Positions 18,723 to 29,299 are shown, counted from the stretch's first letter. The stretch: 64,000 bases of DNA from Desulfovibrionaceae bacterium (GCA_031552195.1 JAVBMT010000023.1:104364-168363), one strand, 5' to 3'. Program-made: numbers and translations. Notes: generated from the letters alone by a model not told the origin.

Positions 18723-21410
18723 TCATTCCGTTTTGGTCAACCTGAATTCATACGGAGCGAACTCGTCAGCGTTGCCGTTAAGGGCCAAACCCAGAGCCAG
18801 GCGGACGAGCAGAAGCGGCGAAAGATAATTATTACACCAATTCGCCGTGAAAATACAACTTATGTTTTCCGGAGAGAGAGAAAATGAGCTGAAAAAAGAA
18901 CGCAGGTCAAGCTGTTTGTCGCTTTGCGGACCCTTTTTGCCCGGCTTGACCCAAGGCAAAGAAACCGCCCGTTCCAAGGCTTCCCAAGCCTGAACGAACA
19001 GCCCGCCGCGCTCTGGCGAACCAGCCCAGTCCATGCGGAAGCGTTCTTCCGCCTGTTCTTCAGGGCGGCGGTTCACAGGCAGCTCTTCAACCCGGAATAC
19101 GTTCAACCCCGCTGGTAAAACCCCACGCATGGCCTCGAACACTTTTCCAGCGCTCCATTCCTCGCGCAAATGCACGCACATCCACTCGCAGCGGCTGGCC
19201 ACGCCGACCGGCAAGGCCCGGGCGAAAGAAATCTGCGGCAAAGGATGAAAACCCTGGCTGAAGGCCAGCGGCAAACCGGCCCGGCGCATGGCCCGCTCAA
19301 AAATGGACTGCAGCTCCAGCTGGCTAAGAAAGGTCGCTCCTTCCTCCTTGCGGTACCACAAGCGAAAATGGGCGGCCTTGCGCGTAAGCGCCGGGTTTAT
19401 CTTTGGAGGAAGGGCTTTTTTGCCTTGGCCGGAGGCCTTGCCGTTTGCGCCTTCAGTCCGCGCCGGCCCTTCACCGGGCTGCGCGTATTCCGGCTTCACT
19501 ATCACCCTGCCGTAGCCGTCAAGGCGGGCGCTGTGCGCCTCTTGATCGCGCTGGGGAAGGTTAAGGCGGTTGGCGTAGCTTTCACCGTCAGAGCGAGCGC
19601 CAAGCAGCGACGGGGCGGCCCTGGTGTCGCAAACGCCGCACTGGCGGCAGGCGTTATAGCGGCAATCCTGAGTAACCTTGCCTTGTTTGCTCCTTTCCAG
19701 CTCGCGCGATAAAAATTCCTTGGAAACCCCGCTCTCCAGATGCTCCCATGGCAACGGCGCGCCATGCTCCAGCGCCCCGGTGAATTCCAAGGGATCAAGA
19801 CCGTTCTCGCGCAGCGCCTCCAGCCACGGCTCCAGGCTGAAATTGTCTATCCAATCAGTAAAAACCGCACCTTTGCGGTAGGCGCTTTCCACAACTCCGG
19901 CCAGGCGGCGGTCTCCACGCGAGAACACCCCTTCAAGAAAACTCATTTCAGGTTCGTGCCAGCGCAGCTTGATGCGTTTTTCCTGACGCACGGCGCTAAG
20001 CAGAACGCCGACGCGCCGGCGTATTTCCTCGCGGCTTATCTGCTCTTCCCACTGGAAAGGCGTGTGCGCCTTGGGCACGAAAGGCGAAACCGCAACCGTT
20101 ACCTGCAACCGTTTTATACCAGGCCCGGCGGCGTCACGCGCCTTACGGGCCAGGTCGATTATAGCCAGCAGGTCTTCGTCCGTTTCAGTCGGCAGGCCGA
20201 TCATAAAGTAAAGCTTCACCTGCTGCCAGCCGTGCTCGAAAAGCTTCTGCACGTGGGTGACAAGCTCCGCTTCGGTAATGCCTTTGTTGATAACGTCGCG
20301 CAAGCGCTGGCTTCCGGCCTCCGGGGCCAAAGTGGCGCCGCTGCGTTTGATGCCGGCCACGCCCTGCATGATGGAATCGTCAATCGAACCCACACGCAGG
20401 GAAGGCAGGGAAACGGCTATCTGTTCGGCGGCACACCGGTCAAGGCAGGAATGAAACAGGGTTTTCAACGCGGAAAAATCTCCGGTGCTGAGCGAAAGGA
20501 AGGAAACGTCGTCATAACCGGTTCCTTTCAGGCTGGCGTCAAGCAGTTCACGCAAATTTTCCACCGAACGCTCGCGCGCCGGGCGGTAAATGATTCCGGC
20601 CTGGCAAAAACGGCACCCTCTGGTGCAGCCGCGCCCTATTTCAAGGGCCAGGCGGTTATGCACGGCCCCGAACGGAACGGGCTGAACCGAGGGATAAAAG
20701 GCCTTGTCCATATCCGGAATGGCCCTGCGCTTGACGGAGGCATGCCACGGCTTAAGGGGAACAGGCGGCAGGCGGCTGCCGGAATCGGAAAAAAACTCCG
20801 GCACATACACGCCTTCAAGGCGCGACGCTTCTTCAAGCAGTGCTTCGCGGCTCCAGCCTTCCGCCTTGGCTTTTTCTAAAATGCGGAGGAATTCCGGCAG
20901 AATTTCCTCGCCTTCGCCGAGGAACATCAAATCCACAAAAGGGGCCAAGGGCTCGGCCGCAAGGGTACACCCCCCTCCAGCCGTGATTACGGGCCAGTTT
21001 CCGCCGGAAGCGGATCGTTCGGCGCTGCGCAGGGGAATTCCGGCGAGGTCCATCATATAAAGAACATTGGTGTAGCAAAGCTCATGCGTGATGCTGAACC
21101 CGACCATATCCAGCTCAGCCAGAGGAATGTCGGATTCCAGCGTGCAAAGCGGGGCTTCATGTTCGCGCAATATGGCGGCGGCCTCCGTGCAGGGCGCGAA
21201 AACGCGCTCCGCCTGCCAGGACCGCTCTGAATTCACCAGGCCGTAAAGAATTTTCTGCCCCAGGTAGGACATGCCCACCTCATATAGGTCTGGAAAGGCC
21301 AGCCCTATGCGCAGGGACGGTTTTTCCCATGAGGGGTCACGGTGCACGGCGCCCTCTTCCGTGCCGGTGTAACGGCTCGGCTTGGGCAGGATGGAAAGTA
21401 GATGGCGCAT
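18723..21410 (-). CDS. Fused radical SAM protein: B12-binding-like/radical-SAM N-terminal part plus a C-terminal DUF2344-like 'radical SAM-linked' domain
   Basis: The family-typical N-terminus is ILPKPSRYTGTEEG. The CxxxCxxC cluster motif is GRGCTRGCRFCQAG. A low-complexity linker (PGEGPARTEGANGKASGQGKKALPP) joins a C-terminal domain that is a separate gene in many bacteria. From memory these are the TIGR03960-like and TIGR03936-like families, which should be verified by HMM. Confidence 0.85.
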   Translation of the reverse strand: MRHLLSILPKPSRYTGTEEGAVHRDPSWEKPSLRIGLAFPDLYEVGMSYLGQKILYGLVNSERSWQAERVFAPCTEAAAILREHEAPLCTLESDIPLAELDMVGFSITHELCYTNVLYMMDLAGIPLRSAERSASGGNWPVITAGGGCTLAAEPLAPFVDLMFLGEGEEILPEFLRILEKAKAEGWSREALLEEASRLEGVYVPEFFSDSGSRLPPVPLKPWHASVKRRAIPDMDKAFYPSVQPVPFGAVHNRLALEIGRGCTRGCRFCQAGIIYRPARERSVENLRELLDASLKGTGYDDVSFLSLSTGDFSALKTLFHSCLDRCAAEQIAVSLPSLRVGSIDDSIMQGVAGIKRSGATLAPEAGSQRLRDVINKGITEAELVTHVQKLFEHGWQQVKLYFMIGLPTETDEDLLAIIDLARKARDAAGPGIKRLQVTVAVSPFVPKAHTPFQWEEQISREEIRRRVGVLLSAVRQEKRIKLRWHEPEMSFLEGVFSRGDRRLAGVVESAYRKGAVFTDWIDNFSLEPWLEALRENGLDPLEFTGALEHGAPLPWEHLESGVSKEFLSRELERSKQGKVTQDCRYNACRQCGVCDTRAAPSLLGARSDGESYANRLNLPQRDQEAHSARLDGYGRVIVKPEYAQPGEGPARTEGANGKASGQGKKALPPKINPALTRKAAHFRLWYRKEEGATFLSQLELQSIFERAMRRAGLPLAFSQGFHPLPQISFARALPVGVASRCEWMCVHLREEWSAGKVFEAMRGVLPAGLNVFRVEELPVNRRPEEQAEERFRMDWAGSPERGGLFVQAWEALERAVSLPWVKPGKKGPQSDKQLDLRSFFSSFSLSPENISCIFTANWCNNYLSPLLLVRLALGLALNGNADEFAPYEFRLTKTE

Positions 21411-21761
21411 CTATTTACCGCGGATCAGTCCGGAAATGTCGGCTCCCTTGCCGGGGTTTTTCAGGTCAAGCCCGCCCAGGCCGCCGGCGCTCAAGGTCAG
21501 GTTGGAGCAGGCCTCGAGGTAGCGCGTTTTCATTTCTTCAGGGCAGTTGGCGTAGGTGTACAAAACATGCGAAAGGGATATTTCCCCGTTGAATTCCTGA
21601 TCAAAGGGATAGCCGTAAGGCATGATCATAAGCTGCACCCCTTGCTGGGTCGGAATGGTCTGAATGGCGGCCACGTCCGTCAGGACGCCTTTTCCTTCCT
21701 CGAATTTGCCAATGACCATTTCCCCGGTGACCAGCTTGACCATTTTCATTTCATAAGCCAT
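21411..21761 (-). CDS. Hypothetical 116-aa protein; its stop codon directly abuts the radical SAM start codon
   Basis: It has an ATG start preceded by AAAGGAG and coding-like composition. There is a zero-nt gap to the downstream gene. It has no signal peptide and a Gly-rich C-terminus (SAGGLGGLDLKNPGKGADISGLIRGK). Confidence 0.65.
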   Translation of the reverse strand: MAYEMKMVKLVTGEMVIGKFEEGKGVLTDVAAIQTIPTQQGVQLMIMPYGYPFDQEFNGEISLSHVLYTYANCPEEMKTRYLEACSNLTLSAGGLGGLDLKNPGKGADISGLIRGK

Positions 21762-21839
21762 TATACCGCTCCTTTATATATTTACCGTATTTATTGAACT
21801 TTTTAAGGTTGCGCCGCATCTTATTCCGGCCGTGGCGCA

Positions 21840-21868
21840 AAAGTAGGTGCTGATAAGGATTGTGTCAA
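21840..21868 (-). promoter_or_regulatory. Candidate sigma70 promoter for the 116-aa/radical-SAM/M16 operon
   Basis: The minus strand reads TTGACA-N17-TACTTT, about 70-80 nt upstream of the ATG at 21761. Confidence 0.4.
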
Positions 21869-21953
21869 GGCGCATAATACGATAAACAGCATATATATAA
21901 ACAGCGTGAATATTGAATAACTCGCCACCCAAACATTGCTACAAGGGTCGTAC

Positions 21954-22871
21954 ATGGATAAACCGATCTTTATTTGCTTCCCCGCCATGCACAAGGAACT
22001 GGCCCCGCAAAACATGCCGGAAGAGCTGCGCTTCATGGAACCAGGCCTTGCCATGGACGCGTCCGCCGCTAAAAATTCTTTCACTTTGCCGGGGCTGCCC
22101 TTTTCACCGAAAGAAGCCGGGCGCGTAATGAGCGAACTTCTGGAAATGGGCTTGAACATAGGCCGAGGCGGAGACCTCAAACTCTTTGCGGCCGCATCCA
22201 GCATGGAAAACAACGGGCGCGAAGCGGAAGAGAAACGGGCCCTGCTGCGTTTCGCCTCTGGCGAAGAGCCGGAAGAACCGGCTGAAACCGGTGGCTTCAC
22301 CCCGGACGAAGCGCTTAAAAACGCTCAGAAGACTTTGCTTCTGGCCTGGGACCTGGAAGAAAAGATCCTGGAAATTTCCCGGCTGGAAAAACGTTTCGCC
22401 GACGTAAGCATAAGCCTGCATGAAGCCCTGGGCGAAATGCCAGACGAAAATTCCATTTTGGAAAACGACGAGGCCCAGGAAGCGGCGGCGAACCTTCTGG
22501 CCGCCCTGTTCGAAACGGATACCGGGCAGTTGCGGGTGAAAAACGACGAACTTCCGCCGGGTTACGGCGTTTCATCTCCTGACTGGCGCACGGTCTTAAA
22601 CGCGGCCGCGCCCTTCCTTCCCATGGAAAGCGTTCTGGTCAGCGCGGACACAGAACTGGCGGCCTGCCTGAAAGATCTGGCCGCCTTGCGCGAGCCAGAA
22701 GGCGAACTGGCCGGAATTTGCGGGAACTGGCAGGCTCCTGAAACCCTGGATGAAGGCAGGACGGCCCGCCCGCTTTACGCCTCCCTGCCCTTGTGGAAAC
22801 TCCTGGGGCACAGGAAGGAAACGCCGGGCATTCCATGGTCGGGTCAGGAAATTAAGTTTCTGATCTGGTAG
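21954..22871 (+). CDS. Hypothetical acidic protein (about 305 aa)
   Basis: It is a long ORF with coding-like composition. I prefer the first ATG (MDKPIFICF...) over the TTG at 21936. It is Glu/Asp/Ala/Leu-rich with no motif I recognise. Confidence 0.6.
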   Translation: MDKPIFICFPAMHKELAPQNMPEELRFMEPGLAMDASAAKNSFTLPGLPFSPKEAGRVMSELLEMGLNIGRGGDLKLFAAASSMENNGREAEEKRALLRFASGEEPEEPAETGGFTPDEALKNAQKTLLLAWDLEEKILEISRLEKRFADVSISLHEALGEMPDENSILENDEAQEAAANLLAALFETDTGQLRVKNDELPPGYGVSSPDWRTVLNAAAPFLPMESVLVSADTELAACLKDLAALREPEGELAGICGNWQAPETLDEGRTARPLYASLPLWKLLGHRKETPGIPWSGQEIKFLIW

Positions 22872-23111
22872 GATTTTTATGCCGACGCCCTACTGGCGCA
22901 TAGCGTGAAAAACTGTTATGTTTCGCCGCATGGCGGGCGGAATATCTTAAACGGCTTTTGCGCCCTATCAGCGGAAGGCAAAGGAACAATAGCTTTCATG
23001 CTTTGTTCGACGGCGTTATAAAACAAATTTTTCAGTCTAATCACGGGCGATAGCGCGGAACAAACCCCACGCGGGCGGCGCCACGCTAACCTGTTTTTAA
23101 ATGGTACGGCA

Positions 23112-23768
23112 TTGAACAACAAGCTTCCAAACGATTTAAAAGGGCTGATCTTCGACTGCGACGGCGTCATCATAGACTCGCGCACAGCCAACACAGCCTA
23201 TTATAACCAGATACGCTCCAGAATGGGCATGCCTGACATCACTCCGGACGAGGAAGCCTTCGTGCACATGGCTACCGTTGACCAGGCGATCTTTCACATT
23301 ATTCCCGAACGCCTGCGCGGCTCGGCCGAAATGGCCATGGCCATGGCCTTTGTGCGCAACAATAAGGAATTATGGAATAAAGTCACGTTAGAGCGCCATA
23401 TTCTGGAATTTTTACGCTGGATCAAACCCTGCGGCCTGCGCCTCGGGATATGCACCAACCGCATAGACCCTTTGCACGAACTGCTTGAACCTTTTAATAT
23501 TCTGCCTTATTTTGACACTGTCAAAACAGCGGCTGACCACCCGCCCAAACCCAGCCCCGAAGGCCTGCTGGCCATTTTGAACGAATGGAAGCTGGCCCCG
23601 GAAGAAGTCGCGTACATAGGCGACTCAAAGGTGGACGAGGCCGCCGCACGCTCCGCCGGAATTCCGTTCCTGGCGTATAAGAACGAAAGCCTTTCAAGCA
23701 GCTTTCATATACGCGACTACCACGAATTGATCCGCGAGCTGAACAAACCGCCCCAGGGCGCAAGGTAA
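23112..23768 (+). CDS. HAD-superfamily hydrolase (phosphoglycolate phosphatase-like, subfamily IA)
   Basis: Motif I is LIFDCDGVIIDS. Motif III/IV is KPSPEGLL...YIGDSKVDEAAARSAG. The start is TTG because there is no in-frame ATG before motif I. Confidence 0.8.
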   Translation: MNNKLPNDLKGLIFDCDGVIIDSRTANTAYYNQIRSRMGMPDITPDEEAFVHMATVDQAIFHIIPERLRGSAEMAMAMAFVRNNKELWNKVTLERHILEFLRWIKPCGLRLGICTNRIDPLHELLEPFNILPYFDTVKTAADHPPKPSPEGLLAILNEWKLAPEEVAYIGDSKVDEAAARSAGIPFLAYKNESLSSSFHIRDYHELIRELNKPPQGAR

Positions 23769-23784
23769 CACACTAGGAGAAACT

Positions 23785-24093
23785 ATGCTGGCGGCGAATA
23801 TTCTTGGCGCACTGGCCACCATATTGCATGGAATAATTTTTCTTTATATCTGGGTGGTCATAATCGCGGCCCTTATAAGCTGGGTCCAGCCGAACCCTTA
23901 CAATCCGCTTGTCCGCGCCCTGCGCGGCCTTACCGAACCCGTTTTCTGGAGGCTGCGCAAGCATATGCCGTTTCTTTACATAAACGGGCTGGATCTTTCC
24001 CCCATGGCGCTTATTCTGGGCCTGTATTTCATTGACATGGCCCTTGTTTCAACCCTGGCCGACTGGGCCATGAGCATGAAGATAAACCGTTAG
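23785..24093 (+). CDS. yggT: YggT-family membrane protein
   Basis: It is 102 aa with two hydrophobic halves. It contains ALISWVQPNPYNPLVRALRGLTEPVFWRLRKHMP, which is typical of YggT/Ycf19. AGGAGA lies upstream. Confidence 0.8.
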   Translation: MLAANILGALATILHGIIFLYIWVVIIAALISWVQPNPYNPLVRALRGLTEPVFWRLRKHMPFLYINGLDLSPMALILGLYFIDMALVSTLADWAMSMKINR

Positions 24094-24106
24094 TTACGGA
24101 GCCGGC

Positions 24107-24640
24107 ATGGCCTCAACCCGCATAGATTTGCTGAGTCACAATTTTTCGCGCTCTTTGCGGGGCTATTCCCCGCGCGAGGTCGATTCCTTCATTCAGGACA
24201 TGGCGGACGCAATGGCTTCGCTGGGCGAGGAAAAGGTAGCCATGTCCAACAAAATAGCCAGCCTGGAAGTCAGGCTGGCCGAACATGAGGAAAGAGAGCA
24301 CAGCCTGAGGGAAACCCTTGTGGCCACCCAGCGCATGATGGAAGACCTGAAAAATTCAGCCCAGCGCGAGGCCCAGCTTATTCTTGAGGCCGCGCGCGGC
24401 AAGGCGGAGAATCTGACCAACCAGGGAAATTTGCGCTTGGCCCGCATAATGGACGAAATCGCCGAGGCTCAAAGAATAAAAGCCCAATTTGAATATCATC
24501 TGCGCTCCATTATTGAAGGGCACCTGAAACTTTTGCAGTTCGGCCAGAAGGAAGAAAACCAGCTTTTGAGCCGGGCCGCCGCCATAGGCGGGAATATGCC
24601 GCAGACTGAGGGCGAAAAAAACGGCTTGAAGAATGACTGA
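24107..24640 (+). CDS. DivIVA domain-containing protein
   Basis: The N-terminal DivIVA signature is FSRSLRGYSPREVDSFIQDMADAM, followed by coiled-coil sequence. Confidence 0.8.
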   Translation: MASTRIDLLSHNFSRSLRGYSPREVDSFIQDMADAMASLGEEKVAMSNKIASLEVRLAEHEEREHSLRETLVATQRMMEDLKNSAQREAQLILEAARGKAENLTNQGNLRLARIMDEIAEAQRIKAQFEYHLRSIIEGHLKLLQFGQKEENQLLSRAAAIGGNMPQTEGEKNGLKND

Positions 24641-24953
24641 ACATGCCGGAGACGTCCTTCCGGCGTTTGTAAAGCCGGTTTCCGGCGGCGGTTGGCGCAT
24701 TTTTATAAAAGCGCAGCCCGGAGCCAAAAAATCGGAAATAATGGAAGTAAGCGAAGGCAGGCTGCGTGTGCGCGTGGCCGCCCCGGCGGTTGAAAATAAA
24801 GCCAATAAAGTGCTGCTGGACTTTATTGCAAAAAAGCTCAATATACGGCTTAGCAAGCTCAGCCTGGAAAACGGAGAAAGCAGCCGGGAAAAAAGGCTGT
24901 TCGTGGCGTCTGACGCCGAACCGGACTGGGCCGCCCTTGCTTCTGAAAAATAA
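24633..24953 (+). CDS. DUF167 (YggU-like) protein
   Basis: It contains RLRVRVAAPAVENKANKVLLDFIAKKLNIRLSKLSLENGESSREKRLFV. It overlaps divIVA by 8 nt. Confidence 0.75.
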   Translation: MTEHAGDVLPAFVKPVSGGGWRIFIKAQPGAKKSEIMEVSEGRLRVRVAAPAVENKANKVLLDFIAKKLNIRLSKLSLENGESSREKRLFVASDAEPDWAALASEK

Positions 24954-24988
24954 GTCAATAACCTGGCCGCGCCAACAGCGGTCTTAAT

Positions 24989-25231
24989 ATGGAGGTTGCC
25001 ATGGAACAGAGAGAACTTGACATCTTGACGAAATATTCCGCAATGGACCCGGAGCTGAAAAACCTTTGGGACGATCATAAACTGTATGAAAACCAGCTGG
25101 AAAAGCTGGAATCGAAACCCTACCGCACCCCCGGCGACGAGCAGCAGATCCGCCAGATAAAGAAACAGAAACTGGACGGAAAAACCAGAATGATTGAAAT
25201 CGTGCAGCGTTACCTTAAGGCGGAGGCCTGA
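24989..25231 (+). CDS. DUF465 (YdcH-like) small coiled-coil protein
   Basis: It contains LKNLWDDHKLYENQLEKLESKPYRTPGDEQQIRQIKKQKLDGKTRM. An alternative ATG is at 25001. Confidence 0.7.
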   Translation: MEVAMEQRELDILTKYSAMDPELKNLWDDHKLYENQLEKLESKPYRTPGDEQQIRQIKKQKLDGKTRMIEIVQRYLKAEA

Positions 25232-25236
25232 AAACC

Positions 25237-26922
25237 ATGGAGCTCACCGGGGCCCAAATCCTCCTGGAAAGTCTGAAACGTGAGGGAGTAGACCTCATCT
25301 TCGGTTATCCGGGCGGGGCGGTGCTTGATATTTACGACGAACTTTCGCGAAGCAGCCTGAAGCATATTCTGGTGCGCCACGAACAGGCCGCCGTTCATGC
25401 GGCGGACGGCTACGCCCGAGCCTCAGGCAAGGTCGGGGTCTGCCTGGTCACCTCCGGGCCCGGCGCGACGAACGCCGTTACCGGCATCGCCACGGCGTAC
25501 AGCGACTCTATTCCCATGGTTGTGCTGACCGGCCAGGTGGGAACGCCGCTCATAGGCAACGACGCATTCCAGGAAGTGGACATCGTCGGAATAACGCGCC
25601 CCTGCACCAAGCACAATTACCTGGTGAAAGACGTGAAAAAACTGCCGGAAATTATCCGCCAGGCCTTCTATCTGGCCCGCTCCGGCCGCCCGGGGCCGGT
25701 GCTTATCGACTTGCCCAAAGACGTGGTAAAAGACAAAACCGAGTTTATCTGGCCGCCAGACGTGCAGTTGCGCAGCTATAACCCCACCTACAAGCCGAAT
25801 CTCGTGCAACTGCGCAAGGCGGCTGACCTTTTGCTGGCCGCGAAGCAGCCGGTGATCCTGGCCGGGGGCGGGGTGATCATGTCCAACGCGGGAGAGGCGC
25901 TTTGCGCCCTGGCCAAAGAGCGCCACATTCCGGTGGCCTCGACTCTCATGGGGTTGGGCAGCTATCCAGGAGACGACCAGCTCTGGCTGGGCATGGCCGG
26001 AATGCACGGCACGGTTGTAAGCAACCGGGCTCTGCAGAACGCCGATTTGCTGATCGCCGTGGGAACGCGCTTTTCCGACCGGGTTACCGGAAGAGTTGAA
26101 GCCTTTACTCCAAACGCAAAAATCGTCCATATCGACATTGACCCCACTTCCATCCACAAAAGCGTGCATGTGGACATTCCGGTAGTGGCCGACTGCCGCC
26201 TGGCCCTTGAAGCCCTGAACGACATTCTCAGGGCGGGCAGGCCAAAAGACTGGGAAAACGAGCACAAACCCTGGCTGCATTCGCTTGCGGCCATTCGCGA
26301 GAAACACTCCCTGCACTACAGCAGGGGGGCCGGAATAAAACCGCAGCAGGTTATCGAAACGGTTTACGCCATCAGCAAGGGCAACGCCATCATAACCACC
26401 GAAGTCGGGCAGCATCAGATGTGGGCCGCGCAGTTCTACACCTTCACCAAGCCGCGCACTTTCGTGTCTTCAGGCGGGCTCGGCACAATGGGCTACGGCT
26501 TCCCGGCCGCCATCGGCGCTCAGTTCGCCCACATGGATAAACTGGTCATAGACATAGCCGGCGACGGCTCCATCCAGATGAACATCCAGGAACTGGCCAC
26601 GGCGGTGCACAACAAGCTGCCGGTCAAAATCATCATTCTGAACAACTGTTACCTCGGCATGGTCCGCCAGTGGCAGGAACTGTTCTATGACAAGAACTAC
26701 GCCTACACCTGCATAGAAACCCAGCCGGATTTCGTGAAGCTGGCCGAGGCCTACGGCGCGGAAGGCTACAGGGTGAGCAACCCTGACGACCTTGAAGCCA
26801 CGCTGGCCAAGGCCCTTTCGTCTCCGAACACCGCTATTATCGACATTAAAGTTGAAAGGGAAGAAAACGTCTATCCGATGATTCCCACCGGCGGGTCAGT
26901 TGACGACATGCTGCTGGTATAA
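25237..26922 (+). CDS. ilvB: Acetolactate synthase (acetohydroxyacid synthase) large subunit, biosynthetic type
   Basis: It is 561 aa. The ThDP motif is GGLGTMGYGFPAAIGAQ...GDGSIQMNIQELAT, with N-terminal GYPGGAVLDIYDEL. Confidence 0.95.
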   Translation: MELTGAQILLESLKREGVDLIFGYPGGAVLDIYDELSRSSLKHILVRHEQAAVHAADGYARASGKVGVCLVTSGPGATNAVTGIATAYSDSIPMVVLTGQVGTPLIGNDAFQEVDIVGITRPCTKHNYLVKDVKKLPEIIRQAFYLARSGRPGPVLIDLPKDVVKDKTEFIWPPDVQLRSYNPTYKPNLVQLRKAADLLLAAKQPVILAGGGVIMSNAGEALCALAKERHIPVASTLMGLGSYPGDDQLWLGMAGMHGTVVSNRALQNADLLIAVGTRFSDRVTGRVEAFTPNAKIVHIDIDPTSIHKSVHVDIPVVADCRLALEALNDILRAGRPKDWENEHKPWLHSLAAIREKHSLHYSRGAGIKPQQVIETVYAISKGNAIITTEVGQHQMWAAQFYTFTKPRTFVSSGGLGTMGYGFPAAIGAQFAHMDKLVIDIAGDGSIQMNIQELATAVHNKLPVKIIILNNCYLGMVRQWQELFYDKNYAYTCIETQPDFVKLAEAYGAEGYRVSNPDDLEATLAKALSSPNTAIIDIKVEREENVYPMIPTGGSVDDMLLV

Positions 26923-27040
26923 CGTTAGCAACGCGAAGGCTGCCGGAGCGTTCGCCTGGAAACGGGCAACATCCGGTGGCCTGGGCGTTTCGGGCCTTTC
27001 GGGGCCGCGAGTTTCCTGAAACTTTTTCCGGAGTTATCTT

Positions 27041-27547
27041 ATGCGTCATGTGCTTTCTGTGCTGGTGGAAAATGAACCCGGCGTGCTTTCAAGGGTTTCC
27101 GGATTATTCAGCGGGCGAGGCTTTAACGTTGAATCGTTGAACGTGGCGCCCACTCTTGAACCTGGCGTTTCACACATGACTATAAGCACCTCCGGCGACG
27201 ACGCCATCATAGAGCAGATAGTCAAACAGTTGCGCAAACTGGTCACGGTCATCAAGGTTGTTGATTTCTGCTCTCTTTCCGCCGTTGAACGCGAGATGAT
27301 GCTCATAAAGGTGCAGGCCGACGACCGCAGCCGGGGAGAAATACTCCGCATTTCCGATATCTTCCGCTGTAAGGTCATTGACGTCAGCCAGCACGACCTT
27401 ACCCTTGAAATTACCGGAACGCACGACAAGCTGCAGGCCGCCCTGAATATGCTTACGAAGTTCGGCATCAAGGAAACCGCCCGCACCGGGGTTGTCGCCA
27501 TGCGCCGCTCCATGCAAAGTTCCGAACCGGAGCATTTCGCAAAATAA
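27041..27547 (+). CDS. ilvN: Acetolactate synthase small (regulatory) subunit
   Basis: The ACT domain is MRHVLSVLVENEPGVLSRVSGLFSGRGFNVESLNV. It is 168 aa. Confidence 0.95.
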   Translation: MRHVLSVLVENEPGVLSRVSGLFSGRGFNVESLNVAPTLEPGVSHMTISTSGDDAIIEQIVKQLRKLVTVIKVVDFCSLSAVEREMMLIKVQADDRSRGEILRISDIFRCKVIDVSQHDLTLEITGTHDKLQAALNMLTKFGIKETARTGVVAMRRSMQSSEPEHFAK

Positions 27548-28621
<1,074 letters not shown>

Positions 28622-28631
28622 ACATGCGGCC

Positions 28632-28651
28632 TTGGCCCGTTCACGGGCCAA
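28632..28651 (+). other. Hairpin immediately after ilvC (8-bp stem, 4-nt loop)
   Basis: The sequence is ttggcccg ttca cgggccaa. No U-tract follows. Confidence 0.3.
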
Positions 28652-28666
28652 ACCGGCAAAAAATCT

Positions 28667-29299
28667 ATGTCGTCATCTTGCGCCAAAATACCGGACAAGC
28701 GGGGCCGCATGCTTATCGCGGCCCTGCTTGTCTGCGTTTTTATCATGCTGCCCTCTCTCCGCGCCTGGGCTGTTTCTCCCAAAAATTTCCTTTACAGCCA
28801 GCCGGAAATCTTCGTCAGGAACGGTATAGTCTCCGCCGCGCTTTCCCTTGAGCCGGATAATACGGAGGGGCTGCGCGACCTGCTTAAAGCCGGCTCAAGC
28901 GTCGAGCTTAAAATCCGTATTATCGTCGAACGGCAGAGGTTCCTCATTCCCAACGCCGAAATAAGCCACAGCGATTTCAGCTTCATATTGCGCCACGACC
29001 CCTTGACGCGCGAATTCACCATGGCCCTACCCGGTGAAATGTACCCGGCTTTTAAAGACAAAAACCTTATCCGCCTTCTCGATCACACCTGGAAAAAGCT
29101 TGAACTGCCCTTCGGGCTTGACGACAGGCTGCAGGCCGAGGGAGAAGGAGAACCGCTCAAGGTAATCATAAACTTCGCGCTTGAGTATATAGAACTGCCT
29201 GCCTGGCTGGATAAAAACATGGTTATGTGGTCGAAAGACGTGCTGGCCCCGGAAAGCCTCAGCCTGGAATATACGCCGGGAGGGCCGAAAGCGCGGTGA
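28667..29299 (+). CDS. DUF4390-domain periplasmic protein
   Basis: The signal-like segment is MLIAALLVCVFIMLPSLRAWA, and 28709 is a possible alternative start. The mature part (IVSAALSLEPDNTEGLRDLLKAGSSVELKIRIIVER...ILRHDPLTREF) resembles the DUF4390 proteins that usually precede NtrY-type kinases. Confidence 0.7.
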   Translation: MSSSCAKIPDKRGRMLIAALLVCVFIMLPSLRAWAVSPKNFLYSQPEIFVRNGIVSAALSLEPDNTEGLRDLLKAGSSVELKIRIIVERQRFLIPNAEISHSDFSFILRHDPLTREFTMALPGEMYPAFKDKNLIRLLDHTWKKLELPFGLDDRLQAEGEGEPLKVIINFALEYIELPAWLDKNMVMWSKDVLAPESLSLEYTPGGPKAR

